From a virus (Duplodnaviria; Caudoviricetes), in the IMG/VR virus record IMGVR_UViG_3300036802_000003, positions 1 to 64,000 of that record: a stretch of DNA of 64,000 nt; one strand, written 5' to 3'. The position numbers and the translations under genes were made by a program. Shown piece after piece: positions 56,737 through 64,000 of the stretch; within the stretch, counting starts at the first letter, position 1; each line of letters opens with the position of its first letter. The notes beneath the pieces were generated by a model that saw only the letters and a list, made by a program, of their open reading frames with translations, made no database searches and had not been told where the DNA came from.

Positions 56737-57582
56737 ATGAAAAATATTACACAAGAATTAGACGTTGCTCATGAGTTTAAGTATGAATTAGGCTGTATAG
56801 AAGATGGTATTTGTAAGAATATCGCTATAAATGGTTTAAAGAATGCTCCTGATTACTTCTGGTATGTACCTGCATCAGCTAGTGGTAAATATCATCCAAA
56901 GAGTAGCTTAGGTCTAGCAGGTCTTATTAGGCATGTTAAAGCAGTATTCCTTATCTCTGAGGAGTTGTTAAATCATAAACTATATTCTCCGTTTACTCCT
57001 GTAGAGAAGGATATGATTCGTGTTGCGGTACTACTACATGACTGTTTAAAGCAAGGTGTAGAGGGGACTCATACTGTGGCTGAACATCCATTATTAGTAC
57101 GTGAAGCGTTGCATCCAGTTAAGGGTAAAGTATTTACTGATGATATGAATTCTACTCTTATGGTTAAGGATATGGAAGAGAAGTGGAACCTAATCTGTAC
57201 TATGATTGAGACCCACATGGGCATCTGGAATACAGATAAAGAAGGTAATGAAATTATGGACATTCCTAAAACTAAAGCCCAACTACATGTCCACATGTGT
57301 GACTATCTAGCTAGTAGAAAGTGCATTGAGGTGGATGTAACATCTAGAGAAGCACAGTCTAACTACACTAAGAAGGATGAAAGTAGTGCTCCTGCATGGT
57401 TAAGTGATAAGGCTACCCAAGGTCAAGTGGGCTTTATCAAGAAACTATTAGTTACTGCTATGATTAAAGGAGTGTCTCATCCCTACGATGGACTGACTTT
57501 AGTAAATAGCGATGGTATTGCTATTACGAAAGGTAAAGCAAGTGAGATTATCCAAGCTTTACAACGTTTGACAGGGCAATAA
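56737..57582 (+). CDS. HD-domain phosphohydrolase
   Basis: PASASGKYHP, GL.RH, LLHD..K, HMG, VH.CDY. Confidence 0.85.
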   Translation: MKNITQELDVAHEFKYELGCIEDGICKNIAINGLKNAPDYFWYVPASASGKYHPKSSLGLAGLIRHVKAVFLISEELLNHKLYSPFTPVEKDMIRVAVLLHDCLKQGVEGTHTVAEHPLLVREALHPVKGKVFTDDMNSTLMVKDMEEKWNLICTMIETHMGIWNTDKEGNEIMDIPKTKAQLHVHMCDYLASRKCIEVDVTSREAQSNYTKKDESSAPAWLSDKATQGQVGFIKKLLVTAMIKGVSHPYDGLTLVNSDGIAITKGKASEIIQALQRLTGQ

Positions 57583-57628
57583 ACCCTAAGGAGTCGATTT
57601 CCGACTCCTTTCTTTTATTTTTTGTGAG

Positions 57629-58120
57629 GTGATTGAGATGGCAGAAGCAGGAAGAAAAAGATTGTGGCAACCACATTGGAATAACGAAATCCTTAAAGCC
57701 CTTGAGGAGACAGGTGAATACGACTATACTTCTATAATTGAGAAGGGTCTACGTGTGGTATGGGTGAGAGATAAAATTAGAGCACTGTGTAAGCAGGCAC
57801 ATGATGGTAGTGTATCACTTAGATGGGATAAGAATTCTCATGTAGTGTATATACGTAAAACTTATGTTAGACCCAAGCCTGTAATACCTAAGGGTACACC
57901 TGCAATTGAGAAATATGCAGAACAGGCTAAGGCTATCAGAAGTAATAGAGATAAATTTATTGCTCTCTGTGAAAAGGATGGGGATAAGTATCCTATCAAT
58001 TTATACGCTGTAACTGAAAGACATGCTAGGATGGATTTAGCAGAGAACTACAAGGTAGATAAGATTATAGACATTCTACCTGCAAAAGATTACCGTAAGA
58101 AATATATAAGACCACTATAA
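57629..58120 (+). CDS. Hypothetical protein
   Basis: 163-aa ORF with RBS GAGGTG. Confidence 0.65.
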   Translation: MIEMAEAGRKRLWQPHWNNEILKALEETGEYDYTSIIEKGLRVVWVRDKIRALCKQAHDGSVSLRWDKNSHVVYIRKTYVRPKPVIPKGTPAIEKYAEQAKAIRSNRDKFIALCEKDGDKYPINLYAVTERHARMDLAENYKVDKIIDILPAKDYRKKYIRPL

Positions 58121-58132
58121 GGAGGAATTAAT

Positions 58133-59065
58133 ATGCTACTACTAATTGATGGGAATAATATCGGATATAGAGCATTTCATACTAGTCAGGGAGACCTTTG
58201 TACAAAGGATGGCAAGCCTACAGGTGTAATGCAAGGTGTCCTTAAATCCATTAAGCTATATCTAGAACGTTTCCCAGAAACTACTAAATGTTTGGTGTGT
58301 TTCGATGGCGGGAAAGCAGAATGGCGTAAGGAATTATACCCCGAATATAAGGCAAATCGTAGTTATGGTGATGACCCTGAAGAGAAAGCTAAGTTCGATG
58401 GGCTATTTGCTCAATTAAATGAGCTTAATGATATGCTTCCTAAGATCAATGTACGTAGTATTAAGCTAGATGATCATGAAGCTGACGATTTAATATATGC
58501 ATTCTGTGAGCTTACTCAAGATAACGTTATGATTGTCTCAAGTGATAAGGATATGCTACAGCTCATCAATGAGCGTGTATCAGTGTATACTCCTTATAAA
58601 GACCGAGTAATTGGCATCAGTGACTTCTATGATGAAACTGGGGTAACGATGGAAGCCTACCTTGGTTACCGAGCACTAGTGGGGGATAAATCAGATAATA
58701 TTATTGGTGTCCACGGTATCGGTGAGAAGAAAGCTAAAGCCTTGATGGATAAATATGGTCACATTGACCACATCTTAGGTGCTACTGGTGATGTGAAGAA
58801 AGCCTTAATGAAGTCTAAGGTTAACGCACGTATCTTTGAACCAGAGAATCTACAACGTCTGGGTATCAATAACAAGATTATGAATCTTAAATTCTTTGAT
58901 TACACAGGAATCCGTAATGACCTAGACAAAGCCCTAAATGATCCTATTGAGTTCGATAGCAACTACTTCAAGAACTGGCTGATGCGTAACCAGTTTGCTG
59001 CTATCCTAGCAGAGTACCTAGCATTCTCTATGGTATTCCGAGCACTAGAGGAGGATGATGAGTAA
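58133..59065 (+). CDS. 5'-3' exonuclease / flap endonuclease
   Basis: LIDGNN, FDGG, R..YPEYKANR, EADD, SSDKDM.QL, GDKSDNI.GV.GIGEK.A. Confidence 0.93.
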   Translation: MLLLIDGNNIGYRAFHTSQGDLCTKDGKPTGVMQGVLKSIKLYLERFPETTKCLVCFDGGKAEWRKELYPEYKANRSYGDDPEEKAKFDGLFAQLNELNDMLPKINVRSIKLDDHEADDLIYAFCELTQDNVMIVSSDKDMLQLINERVSVYTPYKDRVIGISDFYDETGVTMEAYLGYRALVGDKSDNIIGVHGIGEKKAKALMDKYGHIDHILGATGDVKKALMKSKVNARIFEPENLQRLGINNKIMNLKFFDYTGIRNDLDKALNDPIEFDSNYFKNWLMRNQFAAILAEYLAFSMVFRALEEDDE

Positions 59066-59486
59066 TATGTGGCATGACAGAGCCAATGGTGATATGTGGA
59101 GACAGCTAGAAAGGTCAGAAGTTAGGACGGTGACTCTACAGTGTATTAGGGAGACTGTTACTCAACATGTTAACTATGACCCTTGTATGGGTAACTTTGA
59201 GGTCTTTATGGAAGGGGCAATCAATGGTCTAGCTAGTGGGTATGTAATGGGCATATCAAGAAGAGTACCTGCTAAAGAGTTTGAGAAGACGGTTACCTTC
59301 CAAGTACCTGCCACATGGTGGCAACACTTTAAGCAGTCCCACTTCCCTAAGTGGGCGCTAAAGAAATTTCCAGTTAAGTATGAAATCTTAGCTGAGACTA
59401 TTGGATTTAAGGCTATATACGACCACATTATACCTGGTCATGACCCTCATATCCAAGTACGTGTGGCAGAACATAAATGGGAGTAA
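59055..59486 (+). CDS. Hypothetical protein
   Basis: PATWWQHFK motif; coupled ORF. Confidence 0.65.
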   Translation: MMSNMWHDRANGDMWRQLERSEVRTVTLQCIRETVTQHVNYDPCMGNFEVFMEGAINGLASGYVMGISRRVPAKEFEKTVTFQVPATWWQHFKQSHFPKWALKKFPVKYEILAETIGFKAIYDHIIPGHDPHIQVRVAEHKWE

Positions 59487-59713
59487 GAGTGTGGAACACC
59501 TTAGAAAAAGTGTGGTGGTGCTGGATGTTCAGCTACTTATTCCAGTTGGCAGGACTTATCCTAGTAGGAGTAGTGTGGTGGGGTATTCTAGACTTAGATG
59601 ACTACTACGTTACTCACCCACCAAGCTTGACTATTTGGAGTATAAAGGTTCTAAGTTGGGTAACCAGTTTCATTCTGGTATATCGTCTAGCTAAAAAGGA
59701 GGGGTCTCTGTAG
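59477..59713 (+). CDS. Small membrane protein
   Basis: Two hydrophobic, Trp-rich segments. Confidence 0.55.
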   Translation: MGVRVWNTLEKVWWCWMFSYLFQLAGLILVGVVWWGILDLDDYYVTHPPSLTIWSIKVLSWVTSFILVYRLAKKEGSL

Positions 59714-59811
59714 AGAGACCTCTTATTTTGTGTTATATGACAAATAAAGGGAAAACTCTGAGAACTTCCCTTCTTTTATTTCAGAGACCTTGAAAGGAGA
59801 GATTTATCTAA

Positions 59812-61104
59812 ATGACTAAAGAAATTATACAGGCATTCGAATTGCTAGAAGCTATAGGTGGAACTACATCAAGAACAGCTAAAGAAGACTTCCTAAGAGC
59901 AGGTGAGGATAACCAAGTATTTAAAGAGATTCTAAAGAGAACATACCATCCCGACTTAATATATGGAATTAAGAAGAAATCAAAGTCTATTACCTTAGAT
60001 ACTGATTTTGCCTCCCCCTCTACTATAGGAGGTAATTACGATGATTTCCTACAGCTTACTTCTGACCTAACTTTACGTAAGGTTACTGGTAACGCTGCAT
60101 TAGAAGCTCTGTCATTCTTCTTAGCAGGTTGTGGTAAGAAGGAAGCAGAATGGTATATGAAAGCTATCCAGAAGGACTTTAAGATTGGCATTACTGCCAA
60201 GAGCATCAATAAAGTGTATCCTGGGTTCATAGCTCAACACTCATGTGCTTTGGCTATGCCCCTGAAGACTTACCCTAAGCGTTATGCAGTAGATAAGAAA
60301 CTGGATGGCTACAGATGTAACGCCTTTAACTATGGTAATGGTAGGGTGCTTCTTAAGTCTAGAAATGGTAAGTTACTTACTGGGTACACTGGAATTGAAC
60401 AGGATATTGCTCAGTTGCCTGTTGGATATATGTATGATGGTGAGATTATGGCTCCCTCTGGTAAGTTTGCTGATGTACAAAAGTCTGCATTTAAGAAAGC
60501 AGATGACAAGATAGGGATACTCCACATATTTGATGCAGTACCTATAGAAGACTTCAATGTAGGAGAAAGTACTGCAATTCTTGAAGAGCGTATTGTCTTC
60601 CTAGAGTCGGTAGATGCAGAGTACATTCAAGAGCTTCCTTTATGGAATCTAGAATATGTAATTCCAGATGGAATCTTCTACGAGGACACTGAAGAGACTC
60701 AAGCAGAAGTGTTTAGTATCCATAGACGTAACAGACAAGCTGGTTATGAAGGTACTATGGTTAAGGACTTGGATGCTACATATAAGTGTAAACGTAGTCG
60801 TGACATCCAAAAGGTAGTAGATGTAGAAAGAGTTGACCTTGAAGTAGTGGGGTTTGAAGAAGGTAAAGAGGGAACTAAGAATGAAGGGGTATTAGGAGCT
60901 TTAGTCGTTGAGTACAAAGGTAATGAGGTATCTATTGGTGGAGGTTACACTGATGAGATGCGTGTAGACCTTTGGGCAAGACGCAATGAACTCATTAATA
61001 AGGTTATAGAGATTGAGTACCGAGAAGAGTCTACTAATAGTAAGACTGGTAAGAAGTCTCTACGTTTCCCTGAGTTTATAAGATTCCGTCCTGACAAAGA
61101 ATAG
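59812..61104 (+). CDS. ATP-dependent DNA ligase
   Basis: KLDGYR, SRNGK, YDGEI, FD, EGTMVK, SLRFP.F.RFRPDK. Confidence 0.92.
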   Translation: MTKEIIQAFELLEAIGGTTSRTAKEDFLRAGEDNQVFKEILKRTYHPDLIYGIKKKSKSITLDTDFASPSTIGGNYDDFLQLTSDLTLRKVTGNAALEALSFFLAGCGKKEAEWYMKAIQKDFKIGITAKSINKVYPGFIAQHSCALAMPLKTYPKRYAVDKKLDGYRCNAFNYGNGRVLLKSRNGKLLTGYTGIEQDIAQLPVGYMYDGEIMAPSGKFADVQKSAFKKADDKIGILHIFDAVPIEDFNVGESTAILEERIVFLESVDAEYIQELPLWNLEYVIPDGIFYEDTEETQAEVFSIHRRNRQAGYEGTMVKDLDATYKCKRSRDIQKVVDVERVDLEVVGFEEGKEGTKNEGVLGALVVEYKGNEVSIGGGYTDEMRVDLWARRNELINKVIEIEYREESTNSKTGKKSLRFPEFIRFRPDKE

Positions 61105-61117
61105 GAGTGGTTAATGT

Positions 61118-61420
61118 ATGAAGGAATTTCTCAAAGCACTACAATATCGATCTATGATAGATAGCTCTCCTGTAGCTGGTGCTGTAGACGAGCAACACAA
61201 AAAGTTAAGAGAAGAGTATAAAGCTCTTGAAGGTAGACGTGCACTGTTTAGTAGTGGCTCTACCAAGGAAGTTCGTGTTATCCGAATAGTGGAAGCTCAC
61301 GAGAGATACCTACGAGTTAGTTATGAGTGCTTTGGGATGGACTACACGGTTGAAGTCTTTACCTGCATATGCTGGAATGGTATCTTCAGTGGGGAAGAAA
61401 GGATTAGTGACGTAGAATGA
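61118..61420 (+). CDS. Hypothetical protein
   Basis: 100-aa ORF with RBS AGGAG. Confidence 0.6.
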   Translation: MKEFLKALQYRSMIDSSPVAGAVDEQHKKLREEYKALEGRRALFSSGSTKEVRVIRIVEAHERYLRVSYECFGMDYTVEVFTCICWNGIFSGEERISDVE

Positions 61421-61980
61421 ACGATATGACACCTCCTACTCATTTTGAGCCTGTGTATCTCTTCAATAAGTACGAACCACTTAGAAGAAAGATATACAAC
61501 AAGTTCAAAGACCAGATGGCTAACTACACAGATAGGGAAGAGTTGTCTGCTGAAATAGACCGTACATTCCTAAGTCTAGTAACGGAATACAACCCCCATC
61601 GGGGGGTTGACTTTCCCTACTATATTAAGAAGATGCTTGATTTACGTATCTTCCACTGGGTTAACAAGTACCATAAGAACATAAACCGTGAGACATACAG
61701 CAATGATGACAATGGTATTGTGGTGGAGGATACCCAGTATGCAGAGTTGCTTCAGCGTATAGTTGACCTTCATAGTATTGACCCAGACATCCAACTAGGA
61801 GAGAAACACAGAAATCTTATGATTGGGCTTCTAGTAGAGCAGAAGACTATCCAGCAGTTAGCAGAGGAAGAAGGGGTACCTGCTAATAGGCTTCATGCTA
61901 GATTGTACTTCTTAATACAGAAATTTGACAAAGAGTATGCAAGACTAATTGAGTGGTGGGGAGAGGACTTATATGACTAA
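61417..61980 (+). CDS. Second phage sigma factor
   Basis: LFNKYEPL...EYNPHRGVDFPYYI (region 2); KTIQQLAEEEGV (region 4 HTH). Confidence 0.8.
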   Translation: MNDMTPPTHFEPVYLFNKYEPLRRKIYNKFKDQMANYTDREELSAEIDRTFLSLVTEYNPHRGVDFPYYIKKMLDLRIFHWVNKYHKNINRETYSNDDNGIVVEDTQYAELLQRIVDLHSIDPDIQLGEKHRNLMIGLLVEQKTIQQLAEEEGVPANRLHARLYFLIQKFDKEYARLIEWWGEDLYD

Positions 61981-62368
61981 TGAATACCAAATGAAGAAGC
62001 ATGAGGAAGCTATGGCAACCAGGGTTAATGATATTTTAAAAGCTATAGCCAGCTTTGAGAAATTTCACCGTAACCTTGACAAGATAGACAGTCCTATACA
62101 GCTTATGACTATCGTAGAAGACTGTCTAGTTTCTTGTGGTTCTGAACCTAAGCCACACTTCCTAGAAGTCAGTACCAATTTTGTACAAGTATATACATTA
62201 GTTAAGATGAATGCTAACCTGTATCCATTCTTTGCGGATGACCACCCACAAAATGATAGATTTCATAAGGTTGTAACACAGACCCTCCTTGGGACGGATT
62301 TAATAGAGTCCGTTAAGTGGCTACCCAAAGAGAATGGCTCAATTTTATTGGTGACAAGGAGGGTATAA
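61973..62368 (+). CDS. Hypothetical protein
   Basis: Start reassigned to ATG 61973 after GAGAGG. Confidence 0.6.
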   Translation: MTNEYQMKKHEEAMATRVNDILKAIASFEKFHRNLDKIDSPIQLMTIVEDCLVSCGSEPKPHFLEVSTNFVQVYTLVKMNANLYPFFADDHPQNDRFHKVVTQTLLGTDLIESVKWLPKENGSILLVTRRV

Positions 62369-62369
62369 G

Positions 62370-62744
62370 ATGATAGCGGTTATTATCGAGGGGTGGTCAG
62401 ACCATAATGCTATTCGCAGAGTCTACAGCCCAAAAGACGTTCAAACCATAGTAACTAATGGTACTAAAATGAATAACCGTATCAGTGAGCAGATTCAGGA
62501 AGCCTTAGACATGGGGCTTCCTACTTTCATATTATCTGACCCTGATAAGGCTGGAGATGACCTTGCTAGCATGGTTAAGAGTAACTTTAATATCTCTAGG
62601 CTCACGGTAGACCCTGATAAGGCAAAGCAGGAGCGTATGTTTAGAACAAAATATGGCATTGAGTATTGCACTGATGAATATTTAAAAGAGTTACTGGAGG
62701 GAGCGGTTCAGTATGGAAGGCACAAAAATATGCATCGCCTGTGA
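62370..62744 (+). CDS. TOPRIM protein, RNase M5-like
   Basis: VIIEG..D, IVTNG, ILSDPD.AG, GIEY. Confidence 0.8.
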   Translation: MIAVIIEGWSDHNAIRRVYSPKDVQTIVTNGTKMNNRISEQIQEALDMGLPTFILSDPDKAGDDLASMVKSNFNISRLTVDPDKAKQERMFRTKYGIEYCTDEYLKELLEGAVQYGRHKNMHRL

Positions 62745-63006
62745 TTTAGAGCTATCTGTGGATGAGTTCCATAGAGACAAGAAGTCTCCTGATGGAAGAG
62801 TACGCAAATGTAAATTGTGTACTAAGATGAACAGAGGAGCAAAGAAACCTATCACTAAAAGCAGAAGTGTATCCCTTACGGCTATCAGGCTGTCTAGAGC
62901 AATAAATACCCTTGCTAAACGCATGAAGATTCCAGTAAGTATTCAAGTGAACAATGACACGTCCATTACTGTTACTATCAAGGGGGAGACATCAGATGAA
63001 GAATAA
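62713..63006 (+). CDS. Zn-finger protein
   Basis: KICIAC.....EF..DK...DG....CK.C. Confidence 0.7.
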   Translation: MEGTKICIACDLELSVDEFHRDKKSPDGRVRKCKLCTKMNRGAKKPITKSRSVSLTAIRLSRAINTLAKRMKIPVSIQVNNDTSITVTIKGETSDEE

Positions 63007-63622
63007 GGGTAAGGGAATTGTAATACAAGGTAGTGTTGGGGCAGGAAAGAGTACTCTAGCTGAGATGTTAGCAGCGCACACAGGTATTACTTTATTTAGA
63101 GAACCAGTCAAGAGTAACCCTTATCTAGAGGACTACTACAAAGATCCGCATAAACATGGTTATGCAATGCAGGTATTCCTATTACATGAACGCTTCAAGC
63201 AAGCCCTACATGCAACTCGATTAGACGAACACATTATGGATATGAGCATGTATGGAAACTTAATATTTGCTTCTATTATGACTCAAGAGGGCATTATATC
63301 TGAGCGTAATATGAATGACTATATTAATATGTTCCATCAATTCCGTAAGCTGACTGAACCACCAGCACTTATGGTCTACTTAAAGTGCTCCACTGATGAA
63401 TGTATCAACCGAATTCAAAAAAGAAATAGGAAATCGGAGTTGGACGTAGAGCGTTCGTATTGGGAGAAGCTAAACCAAGCGTATGAGGTGTGGTACAGAA
63501 CATACTCCTACAGTCCTAAGGTTGAAATTGACGTTACAAATATCAACATAGTTGATAGCAAGGAATCAGCTCACTATGTAATGGAGACTATTATGAAAGA
63601 ACACGTCAAGGCTACCCTCTAG
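62996..63622 (+). CDS. Deoxynucleoside kinase
   Basis: GSVGAGKSTL, EPV..NPYL..YY, Q..L..RF, RI.KRNR.SE; start at 62996 after AAGGGGG. Confidence 0.9.
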   Translation: MKNKGKGIVIQGSVGAGKSTLAEMLAAHTGITLFREPVKSNPYLEDYYKDPHKHGYAMQVFLLHERFKQALHATRLDEHIMDMSMYGNLIFASIMTQEGIISERNMNDYINMFHQFRKLTEPPALMVYLKCSTDECINRIQKRNRKSELDVERSYWEKLNQAYEVWYRTYSYSPKVEIDVTNINIVDSKESAHYVMETIMKEHVKATL

Positions 63623-63687
63623 GGTAGTCTTTTTCTTTATATGCCTACTGGTTTGACTTTTTTCAGGGATTCGGAAAAAATAAGGGT

Positions 63688-63951
63688 GTGGTCGAGGGAC
63701 ACACCAAGCATAAAGGAGAGGTGATATTCGTGCGTATTAACAGAATAGTAGGGGAATGTAGTTGTAACAACTGTTTGGACAGAGGTTTGACAGAAGCCTA
63801 TAAGATATATGTAGGTAGAACTAATACTACAACCACGATAGTCTTGTGTACCCAGTGCTTAATTAAGCTGAATGCTGACATTAACAGCAAGATTGGGATG
63901 ATAGCTATGAGGCATACCGTCGATTCCCTTCAACAAGGTAGGGAGGAATAA
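63688..63951 (+). CDS. Small Cys-containing hypothetical protein
   Basis: CSCNNC...LCTQC; true start likely GTG near 63730 after GAGGTG. Confidence 0.55.
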   Translation: MVEGHTKHKGEVIFVRINRIVGECSCNNCLDRGLTEAYKIYVGRTNTTTTIVLCTQCLIKLNADINSKIGMIAMRHTVDSLQQGREE

Positions 63952-64000
63952 GTAGTGAACATAAAGATTAACTACATCGCTGACCTTAGACTACGACAGG

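Noticed and set aside
1-64000. tRNA genes, CRISPR arrays, integrase or transposase
   Set aside because: No cloverleaf, repeat-spacer array or recombinase motifs were recognised by eye; tRNAscan and CRISPR finders were not run
1-64000. Apparent scarcity of GGCC/CCGG/GCGC palindromes (restriction-site avoidance)
   Set aside because: Impression only; needs k-mer counts against a Markov expectation

Overview
This window is a 64-kb internal segment of a large lytic-type Bacillus myophage genome with SPO1/Herelleviridae-like organisation. From 1 to ~23 kb it carries baseplate and tail genes (NlpC/P60+3D tail hydrolase, spike, gp25-like wedge, baseplate J), a 3599-aa modular tail fibre and a holin-endolysin-holin lysis cassette. 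From ~23 to 64 kb it carries replication, recombination and nucleotide-metabolism genes: SF2 and DnaB helicases, SbcCD, primase, dUTPase, resolvase, two sigma factors, a TS-family enzyme, HU, UDG-fused PolA, SSB, flap nuclease, ligase and dN kinase. Many of these sit behind a recurrent SPO1 middle-type promoter motif. Four items stand out. (1) The only minus-strand operon (41.7-47.7 kb) encodes a pilin-like membrane protein, a ParM-like actin, a ParR-like adaptor with DNA repeats inside its own gene, three small membrane peptides, a VirD4/VirB4-like ATPase and a Replic_Relax protein, i.e. a plasmid-like partition plus DNA-transfer module in a phage. (2) Next to it, a 33-aa peptide gene faces a convergent structured RNA candidate. 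(3) A cluster of predicted immune-signal sponges (Tad2-like/Acb2-Tad1-like fusion, an unannotated Acb2/Tad1-like ORF, Tad2-like) is followed by terD/terC. (4) A probable DNA base-modification cluster. All family assignments come from motif recognition by eye; no searches were run.
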